From NCBI GenBank assembly GCA_905178155.1, contig CAJINV010000003.1, positions 6,167,985-6,231,984 of the forward strand: 64,000 bases of DNA. Direction: 5' to 3'. Shown here piece after piece: positions 1 to 11,826 of the stretch. Source of the stretch: Amoebophrya sp. A120. Taxonomy: Eukaryota > Protista > Dinoflagellata. Under the pieces are notes generated by a model. It ran no database searches. It was not told the origin of the DNA and worked only from the letters and a program-made list of their open reading frames with translations. Position numbers and translations under genes: made by a program. Each line of letters opens with the position of its first letter. Position 1 is the first letter of the stretch.

Positions 1-3000
1 GTGGATGCGATCCGTAACCGCGGCTAAAACTTCCGCTGGCGGGCGCAAATGCATCCGGCCCAAGGCTCGTAACAGAAAAATCAAATCGCGGGGGCTCAGC
101 TCGTCTCTGCTCTGCTGGCACTCGTCCCGCACCCCATTTCGATGTTGCCACCTCCGGAGGTACTTCGGGCTGAAGATCTTTCGATCCGTCGTGAAAAAAA
201 CCCTCGGAAACATGCGCAAGGAGGAGCAACTCTGGAAAATCGATAGCTCCTGCTGCAGAGTGAACTTGTCCCCTCGCAACTGCATGCACGGCCCCCTCGC
301 AACTGCATGCACTTGTCCCCTCGCAACTGCATGGAATATCGATAGTTCCTGCGCGGCCCCCCCCCTCGCAACTGCATGCAGGCAGCTGCGCCGCCAACTA
401 GACGGGCCCGGCTCGCCATCCCTCTTCGCAGAGTTCGCGCAGCAACCATAGGGGCCCACATGAGGCCGGTCGGAATCGGCCACGCATCGCGTTGCCCGAG
501 CCGACTGCGTGCGACGCATGTTGCTGGGTCGGCCGTCAGCTATAGGGGGCCGGCGCCCAGCTTGACGCCCGCGCTGCGCGCCCGTGTTTCTGCGATTGCG
601 CGCGCGAGCTCAACCGCAGAAGCATCTCACGGCCGCGATTTCTAATTTTTCGCGAGGTTTATGTTTGTCGTCGACAAACACAAATCTCGGGAAAGTTGGA
701 GGCCCTCAACTCGTAAGTGCGCCCACCACTAGAGAAAATTTGTGTGGAGCGCACTTACGAGTTGAGAAAAGTGCAGCACACCATCGGGGGTGCGATTGAA
801 ATGCTGCATTTTTCTCAACTCGTAAGTGCGCTCCACACAAATTGTCGAGAGCGCAGCGAGAAATTTCGCAACTTTTTCCAGAGCAAATCCAGAAAAGGTT
901 GCGAAATTTCTCAGAAATAGTAAAAAAGGGCGGAAATGGGCGCCGGCGGGCAGGCTCCGCCCGGTTGTGTGTGGTTGCGTGCATGTGGCTCGTCCATGTA
1001 GCTCACCCTCCAGACCACACCAGCCAAGGCTAGGAAGGCGCCGACCTCCTAACTATAGCTGAAGGACGGACCAACAACATGCGGCGCACCGTGGTGGGAT
1101 CAACGGTTGGGAGGCGCGGCCGGTTCAAACAGGCTCCATGTGTCCCCCATAGTAAGCTGCTGCGCGAACTCCGTAAAGAGGGGCGTTGGGGCCCGGTGCC
1201 TCTAGTTCGGGGGGCGGCTTGTTGCGTGCAGCTGCCGGGCCACAACAAGCGAACGGCGCGCGGCCACACCTGCCTGGCTTCGAGCCGAACAAATGGGGGC
1301 CGGGCGGTTTTCGTCGTACTTGGGCGCGCCAGGCCGGGCGGTGCGCGGCCCGTGTGGCAGGCTGGCGCGCTTGGGCAAATTTCTTCACCGAATCGCCTCG
1401 CGTTCTTTCTGGCGCTGGTGGCAAAATGCACGGGATGGCGCGTAGTTGCTCCAGGCGATTTGGGAAATTGCCGACGGGCCGGGTCGGGTAGGTTGGTAGC
1501 TACTGCGTGGCTGGGCGGGTTGCGTTTGGCGGGCCCCCGCGGCCGGGCGCATTGTTATTAGCAGGCCCGCCGCCCGGCTTAACGGATGCATGTGGCCACT
1601 ATAGTTGGCCAACCGAAGGAACATACGCAACGAGCCGCGGCCGGCGGGCATTTCGTACCCGCGGCGCGCCACCTACGTGAGGCCGGCTGGGAAAAGACAC
1701 CCAGGCGCGCAACGCGCGGGCCGGTCGCAAGGGGCGGGTGGGGCGGCTGCCAAGCCGGGGGGGCCATCCAAAACAACGCGCGGCGCACGCGGCTGGGCCA
1801 TGCAACTGGCCCGCCAGGTGCATGCAGCTGGCCCCTACGATTAGTTGCGGGCCCGTCCAATCCAAACTGTGGACGAGGGGCCAGGCGCTGTCGCCGACAT
1901 GCAGGCGCATGTTGCTTAGCGTAGCCCATCGCGGTCATGCGCCTATTGAAGCAGGGGCCCTGCTACCTTGGTGCCGCGAGTTAGTCAGGACTGGGCCCTT
2001 GTGGCGGGGTGGCCCGCGAGCGCGCCGCCGCTTGCCCAGGAGAGGGGCCGACTGGGGTGGGGGGCCCCTTATGCAAAAAAGTTGGGTAGCGCACTTACGA
2101 GTTGAAAACTTACGTTTTGAGGGGGCCATATGGAAAATCGATCGTTCCTGCTGCAGAGTGAACTTGTCATCGGAGCGCGGATCATCTTCACGACGCTCTA
2201 TTTCAAAGCTCCTCCTTCTGCTGTCCGCTCGTGAGTCCGGAAGAGTCAACACTGCGCGGACGAACATGTGCAGTTCCGAGGCTTGGTTACGCACCTTTGC
2301 AAGCAACTGCATGACCTGTGTCCGTGTAGAGGCACTCATTTGGCGCGTGTCGCAGACACGGGTCAGCGACGCCAGCTTTTGGGCGTGCTCCACACCTGAG
2401 GTTGCCAAGAACCGCAAGCAACCCAGCAGCAACACGGTTCCCGGATGCTCTTTTTCGGCCGTGCAGCCATCTTCACTTTCTCCAGCCGAAAAACCGATTT
2501 CGATTTCCCTTTCACCGCTCGTCGTTTGTGACGAGAAACCGCTCTTTCCAAATCTGAAGTACTGTACCAGCGCTGGGCCTGCGACTTCTTGTAGACCGGT
2601 GCCAGATTCTGGTTCTCTTCGATTGTGGCATGCATGATTCGCCGTGGAAGCAATTGCCTTCACCGCTGCTTTCACCTGCAAGCGGCCGAAACATTGATGC
2701 AGACCGCGCGCCAAGCTTCGCTTACCTCCGTGTTCTTGTTCGAATTTCGTCGCCACACCCCAGTACCGCGGACCGCACAAGACCTGCAGCAACGCCCCAG
2801 TATGTGCTTTCTTCGCGAAAGTCGTGGAGGCGTGGCGCGACAGTTGCTCCCCAACATGGTCCCAGAAGGCAATACCATCTTCGTTCGCGGCGGCGTCAAC
2901 AACTTCTTGCTGGCCGGACTTTATTGCTCTCTGGCAGTGACCACTCCTTATCAGCTTGTCGCACAGCCGGGCCACGGATACAGGACAGGACAGGAGATGC

Positions 3001-3221
3001 ACATTCTCGAAGTCCAGCGCTGCACGAAAAGCGTTAGTTGTTGAGCTTTGATGCGCGCGCGCCGACCCACGGCTAACAATCCGGCAATGCGCTCCCGACA
3101 TTTCATCTGTAGGCCTATTTGATTCGCATCTGGTGACCGAAGCTGCAAATGTCATAGGTAGGCACACATTTTCGCAAAAACCTTCAACTCGTTGATGTAA
3201 AGAACAACCTAGGCTGGACAA
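1..3221 (-). CDS. Helical-repeat (HPR/OPR/RAP-type) RNA-binding-like protein, split by a 1.86-kb insertion; runs off the window start
   Basis: ORF 1935..3221 reads ...DDKFTLQQERSIF. The duplicated sequence at 270..233 resumes in the same frame as DKFTLQQELSIFQSCSSLRMFP...LSPRDLIFLLRALGRMHLRPPAEVLAAVTDRIH, open to base 1. These segments resemble HPR/OPR repeats. Start codon uncertain. Confidence 0.55.
270..378 (+). repeat. Four copies of CCCCTCGCAACTGCATG interleaved with fragments of the flanking duplication
   Basis: Copies at about 270-286, 293-309, 317-333 and 362-378. A partial third copy of the 38-bp repeat lies at 332-352. Confidence 0.85.
271..2130. mobile_element. 1860-bp GC-rich non-coding insertion flanked by a 38-bp direct repeat
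   Basis: 233-270 and 2131-2168 match at 36/38 positions. The interior is rich in GGGGCC/GGCCCC, has hairpins and no credible ORF. A short inverted match links GGCCCCCTC (290-298) and GAGGGGGCC (2119-2127). Confidence 0.7.
737..843. repeat. 42-bp inverted repeat (hairpin, 23-nt loop)
   Basis: 737-778 is the reverse complement of 802-843 with 1 mismatch. The core CTCAACTCGTAAGTGCGC also occurs at 705-722 and, inverted, near 2089-2105. Confidence 0.9.
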
Positions 3222-4658
3222 CGTGGCCCCTCTTCTTGTGTATCAATTTCAATCTCGTCCAGAACAAGGGCCGCCCACGACCAGATCCAGAGGTCAATCA
3301 ATAATAGGAGCACTACTGCGGTAAACTAGAAAGGAGCGTTAGTAAACACACGACCTTCATCAAGTAAATGGTGCTACACATGCACGTGTCCCTGTTGCAC
3401 CGGGCTATCGCTATTTTGAGCGATGATGAATAATCGAAACGCGCGGCGACGAGCTTTCCAGGAGCATTGTGCGAGAATGCTCCCAGCGCAACGGCCGCGG
3501 GAACGCACCACCCACCAGTGGAACAAAATCAAAAAGAAAAAGGTACACAAAAAAAATAAACAAGCTACTTGAAGCATGTCGGGGTTAGCCACAGTCGACA
3601 TACTTCAAGCACACAAAACCAAAAATATTGTACTGATGGCATGTATCGCCGCACCATATCTACAAATTCGAGTTTTTGACCGAGTGAGCGACCGATTTTC
3701 GAGAAACAAATCGAGAAGCTTACCGAGGTCCTATTGCTGCGGTGTGCACGAAACCACTGCGTTGCGGATCAGGAAAGCGGCAGAAAAGATCAGGATCAGG
3801 CTGAAAGAACCCTGCGGAAACTGAGCACGATCATGTGTATCTCCCTAAGGCGCCTCCTTCTCTTCTAGTGATCTTCGTCGCGATTTACATATTTATCTTC
3901 GGCCAGGCTTGATGAGCACAGTGACGCCTTTCCAACACAACACCAACAGCTTCAGCTGGGGTTCATGTTGAAATAAATGGCTGCTTCTGTGTATGCTTGC
4001 GTCTTTGCTTTCATCTTGCGTTTTTTCAGCATCTCTTGGTTTCTTCGCTACTCACCCGGGGCGGAGTCAAATAGCTGCAAAATCTTCAAGTACTCAGGTT
4101 GATTGTGATTTTTGTAGCACGGCATGTGATGTTGAGTATCAATTTCTATCCCATTTTTTGTATCTTTGATATCGCATTCGCACTGGCAAGCGTCCGTTTG
4201 TTCGACGGCGCGTGTAATGTACCCGTTCTGTGTATGTAGAAGTTAACCCGTGATGCTGCAAAATTTTGTACTCTACGCAAAGTGAAGTCCAACGACCACA
4301 ACAGGTGTCACACTAGGTTTGCTCTGCTTGCCCCTCTCCTTTCAGTCCCGCGATCGCTAAACCGTGTGGCGTCGCGGCTGGGTTCAACTTTACCGACGTG
4401 ACGTAGCCATATGCTTCGGCGCAGGCGTACAAGTCTAATGAGCGCGGCACTCCTTGAAAACTTCCGTCCTCGGATGGGGGAACGTCGATCGTACCTAGTT
4501 TTTACAGTACTTACAGTCTCGGTTCCCGCTTAGCTGAGCGAGTACGGCCGCTTCGCAATCGCAGCATATCACGACTATCACGGGCATCAGAGACTAAGAC
4601 GAAGACATCAAACTGAAACTAGAGATGATGAATATAGAAACTGGTACAGCAAGATGAA

Positions 4659-6111
4659 TCAATCTTCTTCAACAGCAGTGTACGAATTTTTACATGCCAA
4701 GACGATGTTTCGATTGATGTAGAGCGAGATGGTCCACTGCCACTCTGGTTCTGCTGCGTCCTTGGGCCGAATCAACAGCGACATTTTGTCCCCGGGACTC
4801 CACCGGAGAGGTTCGCTTTCCTCGCCGTCGAGAATGAAGCGAATGTCTTTTTTGCCGTGTCGGTACACTCTGCGGGTCGTGCCTCCTTTGTAGGGGCCGG
4901 TGAAGAACCAACCCTGTTTCAACTTCTCGAGCCGTTTCGGCATCCGGCTTCCGACCTCGTCGGGCCGCATAAACGTAACTCCCAGTCCCATGCACCCGGA
5001 AGATTGCTCTTCTTGAGCAAGCGTCGACCCAACTTCGATTTCCACGTAATACCTACTTGCTCATATGAATTCGCTTTTTGCGGCTGTTCTTGAAGACAAC
5101 TCCACAACCATATTGTATAAAAGGGAATCACCATGTGATGGCGCTGCTTTTGGTGCACTGCTAGGGACGAGTCGTGACAAAAACTAACATCGAGTTCGAG
5201 TTGCGAAAAAAGGTCGTGAGCACTATGACTATACTTCTTCAAAGTTGTAAATACTTACCCGTGGTCGTCGAAGTACTGCACAGGTCTGTCGGTGATTCCT
5301 ACCACTTCGTCCTCAACGTCCGACGGTTTTCCGTTCCCGTCTCCGGAAACCTCGTCCGAGGTGCGGTGCATGATCAAGTTGCCGCGGAAGCTTGTAAAGC
5401 GGGCACACGGTCGAGGGGCAAAGCCTGCCGTAGAGGATGCGCTCGGGGTTGCGCCCCGGCTGTCTTGTTTTGCAGCGGCTAGTACTGGAGCGGCCGCTTC
5501 AGGAGGCGCAGCCGTGTGATCGCGCGTCTGCTCCTGTGATGTTGGTTCCTCGGTTGGCTCTTCATCAATGTTCTCGGAAATGTCTGGCTCGGATGGCTTC
5601 GGGGGTGGCGGCACATACTTACCGGCTTCCTTCAGGATCTTATCTCGACACTCCGGGTCTAAGGCAGGGCCGAAACCTGCAGAACATTGCAAATCATGTT
5701 GGGAATTCCTCCAAACCAAGAACCTGTACATAAACCCATCCTCTGCGTGCCGTTCGAGCAGCAAATGCAAAAGCAACAGTTTTTTTTACTAATTTTTTAA
5801 ATACCTTTTTACCTTCTACGTGTTGTTAATTTATTTCTGCAGAAAATCCTTCCGGAATTTATGAAGCCAGTACCGACGCGCAGCGCACCGTTTTGGTGCA
5901 TCACTTCCCAAGGTTCGCATGTAAGCCGTTGCTGTTCTATTGCATGTTGTATTGGCTTCGCAAAATTTATTGTCTTGGCCAGCAACTCCCCCTGACCACC
6001 GGACGTCTTCTCTACTAAGTGGAACGCGGTGTCGTGAATGTACCTGAAGAGTTTGCGGTTATACACAAGTTCCGAACTACGTAGAGACCCGCTAAAACGT
6101 TTCGTGCACAA
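4659..6111 (-). CDS. Multi-exon hypothetical protein with a possible C-terminal neuralized(NHR)/SPRY-like beta domain
   Basis: ORFs 5809..6111, 5255..5776 and 4659..5045. A GTAAGT donor near 5258 and a TAG acceptor near 5053 join FDDHG-YYVEIEVG...GLGVT...GDKMSLLI...LYIN. The 5' structure is uncertain. Confidence 0.45.
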
Positions 6112-6441
6112 CTTTTACGTTCAAGATTGCCACACTTACTGATACTGGCAACAGCAACGATCGTGCAAAGTATTCGTACATGAGTCGCCCAGCACGATCG
6201 CTTTCGTGAAACATTGCGCGCATGCACGCTCGGGATTCCCTGTTTTCCACCACTATGTCGCGTACCTTTGTGTGCAGTCAATCATGTCGCACTCGCATCG
6301 ATCTACGACTATAGCAAGCTTCCTTACTGTAACTGTAAGCGACGGGACTACAAATAGCTGCTACTACACTGCGGCCTACGACATCACAACACAACACAAC
6401 TGCGTAGAAAAAAATAGAACTCAATGCAATGGTGGCATAAA

Positions 6442-6765
6442 TCAAGACTCACGCTCGCTTACCTTCCCGGACAGATGTAAGAACTCGATCTGGGCCGACT
6501 GCCGCTTGACTGAAAACCTGGCTTCCTCTGTGAGCTCATGGTTTATCGTCAGAAATTTTTCAATTTTCTCGATATGCCCGTCCAGTTTCGTTATTACATC
6601 GTCTATCTCGCTCGGTTCCAAAACCGAAGGACGCTTCGCGTTTGGGGACTGAGAGGTAACGCGCAGACCGGGCGAAAGCTGTTGGTCGGTCCCGGTGGCC
6701 GGCTCGGTAGTGGCCCCGACGCTGGCGGTCGCCCGCGTTTGCTCCGCGGCCTCACCACTTGTCAT
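6442..6765 (-). CDS. Hypothetical protein or first exon (short coiled coil)
   Basis: 107-aa ATG ORF with a GTAAGC donor-like site near 6463. May be exon 1 of the downstream gene. Confidence 0.4.
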   Translation of the reverse strand: MTSGEAAEQTRATASVGATTEPATGTDQQLSPGLRVTSQSPNAKRPSVLEPSEIDDVITKLDGHIEKIEKFLTINHELTEEARFSVKRQSAQIEFLHLSGKVSERES

Positions 6766-7865
6766 GCGGTCGCCGGACGACGGTGGGCCGAGGTTTCGCC
6801 AAAGCCAAAGTACAGGCTAAGCCCCTTCCTTGAAACTCAATTAGTGATGGACACGCCAGATTCAACTTCCGGCTTCGGATCCCAATATCGATGCTGAAGC
6901 TCCCGCTGTCGGTTCCCGGAATGGTCCGCACTACTCACTGAAGTGCAGGCAGTACGGAAGTGCAATGGCAACTTAATTGTGATTATCGCACGAGAGAATC
7001 TAGGTGTAGGCCAGATCGCACTTGACTTCCTTGTTCTTTCGGATCTTGCTCGCGGAGCCAGTGCTTTGGCACAACAGCTGGCCGCCGCTCGTGGAGCTTT
7101 ACCTTCGGCGGGTCGAAGAGGCTGACGCGCAGAGGAGTTTTTAGCGTACTCTTTTCAGCACATGCTATCTAACTATCAGTGGCGAAGCCACTCCGAGGAA
7201 TGAAATTAATGGTGTTCTACTTCCCTTCAACACTCAAATTTTTCGAAAAGGACGAAAACTCGAAAACTACAATGTACACATTCATCCTTCTGCTACAACG
7301 TGAATATACTCCAGAAGAAGATCAAGCAACACGAAGAAGCAAAGAGAGAAGATGTAGTTGAGCCTCTATGTATAATTTCAATCTTGCGGTCGGTGACTTT
7401 CTCCAAGGAAGCCCTACGGGAGTAAAGTAATTCCGCTCCCTTCCAAAATTAGGGTTGGCCTGGAGTGCAGAGGAAACCAGAAACTGCTGCTTTATGTAAA
7501 ATCCAATCTTATAACATTTGCACTAGTTAGTACTGACCTGCATCGCCACACCCACTTGGCAACTGTTCTGAGGACGAAAAGTAGAACACAATGAATTGTC
7601 AGCGGAACAGTTTTTGTCTTTTGGTCGTGCCCTGCTGCTACAGAAAGAAATATGCTGTGGCGCATCGAATGACGTACTTAGTGATCAACTTCAAATACAT
7701 CACAATTGTCGCTGAATCGCTGGACTAGATTTCGACATGGACTATGAGAACGCGTACATGGATGAGATGACTCGGCAGCCTCAGCATTCCCGAGAAAATC
7801 GATTTTATTTTTTATCATATGAGGAATAAGACTGACTGCGACGCACAAGAGGAAGAAGTTGCAGT

Positions 7866-10800
7866 TCATTTAACGCCCGACGTGTGGTACTGCAGATTTA
7901 AAGGAGGATACCCGGCAGAAATGCTTCCGTGCGCGAGTTTCTGCATCGCCTGGCGGGCCTGCTCCGGGGTGGAATACGTCACAAGACCTCGACCGATATG
8001 CTTGCTCGGGTCGGAAGGAAGGAGGAAAAAGCGAAAATCCGTGACTCGTCCCACCTTGCGGAAAAACTTGATACACAAGTCGCTGGGAGCGGTTACTGGA
8101 AGGTTGCTGAAGGTGAGAGTCTTGCAAGACGAAGTCGTAGGAGAGGATGCTGCCGCCGGCACTGGTTCCTTCTTGTTAGTCCCTGCTGTCGCTTCCGCTT
8201 TTGGAACGACGGCGGGTCGTGCTGCGGCAGTGGGGGCTGGAGCGGTTGCTGGCACCGCTTTGGAAACCACTGCTCGCTGTGCCGCGCTCTTCACCTTTTG
8301 CTCAGAGGCCGTCCGCTGCTGAGGTAGTCCAGCTCCTTTTTCCGACGCAACGGCCCGCACTGGTTCTCGGTTCCGTTCGCCGCGTGGCGGTGCTGGCATG
8401 CGTGACTTTATCTCAGCGGCCCCCCTACTTTGGGATCCGTTGTAGAGCATCCCGCCTCCACGCAACTCATCCGCTACAAAAGGGTTGCTTGGCGCGATTG
8501 AAATATCTGATGCGTCTTTGAGTTTTAATGCAAAGGCGGACGGGGGTCCGGGCATTGCGCTTAGCTCAGCGGTGCCACGCGAGTCGTTCCTCGGTTCTTT
8601 GCCACCTCTCCTGACGTCGTAGGGTTCTCCGTCAATATCGTCAACCTCTCTTGCCGGAGCGGTGGGAACAGGTAGCGGCCGCAGGTTTGGTGGTCTTGGC
8701 AACGCAGAAAAAGTCACCGGCGCAGGTGCTGTCGGCGGCGGCGGGACAATCAACTGGCGCATGGTGGTAGGACGTAAATTCGACTGCGTCTCTTGTTGCG
8801 AAAGATGAGAAAACGTCAGACTGTGTGGTCCCTGCTGGTCAGCTTGCGAATCAGCATGTTGATGATGCATCCCCGCGGGTCCCTTTTTGTCTTTCCCCTT
8901 TGTCGCGGACTGATGTAACGGAAACCCTTTATTTCCTCTATTCATCTCCGGTAGCCAAGAACGATGCGGCACGATTGGTGGTCCGGGCCGACCGGCCTCT
9001 CCTCGCGAATACTCGTCTTCGACGTCGTTCCGCTGACCGGGCGCTGGTAGTATTGGGGGTCCAGAATTCCGCTTATCTTTCCCCCCCTTCAACGCATGAT
9101 CATTGTTATGGTAATCTCTACTCGTCCAATTGCCGGCACCGCCTTTGCTGCCAGCAGCCTTGGAACTTTTTGCGGCGTTTCCGGAATATGGATGAAAGTG
9201 TGGAGGCCCAGACCTGCTCCCAGCGGTGTTCGTGCCGTATGGCGTAGTGCCTTTGCTCTGCTGGTAGTTATTGTTATCAACTCCTCGCTCATGATTTTTG
9301 TTCCAGCCCCCGGCATGATTGCTCCTCATGCCCGTCGCGTCACCGCGGTCGCTTGATGCACCGGCTACCGACGGATTGATTTTTCGTAATTTTATCTGCG
9401 GTTCCGGCTCGGCCGGCTCACTCGCGCGTTTCTGGCGTACGGGCAGGACCGGTGGACCACCACAGATGCCTTTCAGACGGTTGGTCTTCTGGTCATCAGC
9501 AGCTGTACCTGCAGTTGCACCACGAGGACTTCTGCCACACTCCCTCGCGGGGTGGTCCTCTTCCTCTTCCTTCTCTTCATCTTCACTAAACGCTTCTTCA
9601 GACGACCGTCTGGCGGCCCCGGACGAGGACCGTCTCGGCATTTTTAAGTTCCTTCTGCGCGTTCCGCCAGTACTGGCTGTCGCAGGTTCGCTTGGGGCGG
9701 CGGCGGTGGTTCCCAGGCTGCCTCCTTGCGCGATACGCACCCGAACGCCGATGGCCTTGGGTATACCCTCCTCTCCGGGCTCGTCCGGAGGGGCCACGTG
9801 GATCTCATCGTAGTACACGATACTGCCGACCTGCACCTTCGCAGCTGCGGCCTCATCCATATCTGCTTCGTGGAAAAAGACGGGCTGGCCCCACTTTTCC
9901 ACCAGCTGCTCTGACTCCAGAAACCCGAACCCATCCTCAGGAAACCAACGAACAACGGCCGCCTCCAGTCGTTTCCGGTTCGCAACGCGTTTTACCTGCA
10001 GGTAAATGATCCATTATGAAGTTTTTCGTCTGCCTCCACATAGCCAAGCAATGTGCAAAAAACTTTTGTTGAAAGGTGAAAGGAATAAAAACGATAACAA
10101 AAGAAGAACTTGCATCAGCACTGGTGAAGAAATTGTGTTTTTATATCTTTTTTTTCGAGAAACTGCAACTCTCTCTATTTCCAGATCAACTCTTGTGTGT
10201 AAGTACCTCTCTCATGCGGCCAAGGAAAGACACTTTTGTAGCAGTGTGGTCTCTGGCCCCCCTGGTTCTCTCGATTTCCGAAACATAGACCTTCTCCCCC
10301 TGTGAGGGTGGTGATTCCCCTGGAGGCAGCGCGCTCTGGCGAAAAAATAGATCGGTCTCGTAGCGCTTCCATATCTCAGGCCCTTCCAGGTACCCGCTGC
10401 CTTTGTCCGCGGACCAGAACTTAACAAAACCCGTAAGCTCCGTTCTCTCCACAACTATCTTTGTTTGTCGCCCCCGTGGTCCGCTGCTTTGCTGCTGTGC
10501 GCGTCGCGTAGCTAACTGTCGTTCCAGGAGCTGCTCAAGCTCGTGGCTCTCCTGATTTCGCAAGGCGGCGGCCCTCGAATTGCTCACTGTGATCCTGACC
10601 GGCTCGACCTCGACGAGAGACAGTTCCCCATCAATGATACCATTTGGCCCATCTTCATTTTTCGAAGCACAGGACACATCCACGCGCTTGTACACAATCT
10701 TATCTCCCGCCCGCAAAGTGCAGGGGCCTTCGTAACGGAAAAACACCTCGCGAATGTTATACTTCTTTTCGAAGTAAACTGCTTCCGCGAGCCCGTGCTG

Positions 10801-11253
10801 GTGCATTGCCCACCATTTCGAAATGCGGGCGCGTCCCGGGACTTTCGTGTATGTCGCAAAATCGTCTTCGCCGTTGTTTTCTTCCCTTCCTCCGGCGGGA
10901 CTGTCTTTGTGGTCAGGGACTTCCACAGCTCTTCTATTTCTAGTCTGGCCAGGATGGTGCGGAGAAGCCCTATCTTTTTCAAGACGCCTTTTTTCCGAAC
11001 TGGCAAGCCCGCGGCGCCTACTGCTGTGCCTCGCTTGCGGCGCTTCTTCCGGGGGCGACCTTGCGGTGCTATTCGCCGCCGCTGCGCCTGGAATTCGGCG
11101 CAGGGCCGGTTTCAGTGGCGGCCCACTTTGACGCGCGTTCGTGGGTGCCGCCGATGCGCCGGCTGGGTTTTGGTCCCCGGCCTCTTCTTGATCTTCCTCC
11201 GATTGGTGCGCCTCCTCCAGCGCATCGCTCCACTCGTAGTCTTCGTCGTCCAT
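7866..11253 (-). CDS. RNA-binding protein with 2-3 cold-shock (OB-fold) domains, a long disordered linker and a C-terminal RRM
   Basis: Exons 11253-10207 and 9995-7866 are joined by GT-AG intron 9996-10206. Motifs: GFVKFWSADKGSGYL...DLFF, AVVRWFPEDGFGFL...PVFFH, and RRM LTFSNLP...GRGLVTYSTPEQARQAM. Confidence 0.75.
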
Positions 11254-11826
11254 GACTCTTTTTCGTTTTCCGAAAAACTCCTAGGGGCTCCCACCATGCA
11301 ATTCGCTAGGGCTACCTGTTGTCTAGTTCATCTCGTTCATGTCTAAACAAAAAACATCGATATACTCGTCCTCGTGTAGACTTCTCCTAGTCCTATATTA
11401 TAATATTCCGGCCCTGTAATAAAGAATGTTTCCACAAGAAAAAATGATCGTCCAGTCTTATAGCAAAAATATGTAGCACTGGTCCGGGCGGAGCCACTTC
11501 CCAAAAGGAATTGAAGACAAAGAAAATTTTGATCTTCAACAAAAAATCGACTGATCCTGCTGGAAACCCACTGATCGTAGTTCCTCTGTGTGCAGCCACA
11601 GCCAGATGGTTCACTCAGTTTTGCAGAGATCCATCTACTAAAGTCGCGCTCAAACCAGCACTGTACAGCTGGGGTCCACACAGGTCAGATCTAATACTCA
11701 GGAGCGGTGCACCATCTTCGACCACTTTAGTACTCGCGTTCTTATATTCTCGTCCCTGAACACGCTCCTTTCGTTTCGACGCAGACGTAGTTCGCGCTAA
11801 CAACATGATTGAGTATACACCGGAAT

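Noticed and set aside
1079-2637. ORFs inside the GC-rich insertion as a transposase or other protein
   Set aside because: Arg/Gly/Ala/Pro-rich translations typical of GC-rich non-coding DNA; no DDE, RT, HUH or recombinase motif seen.
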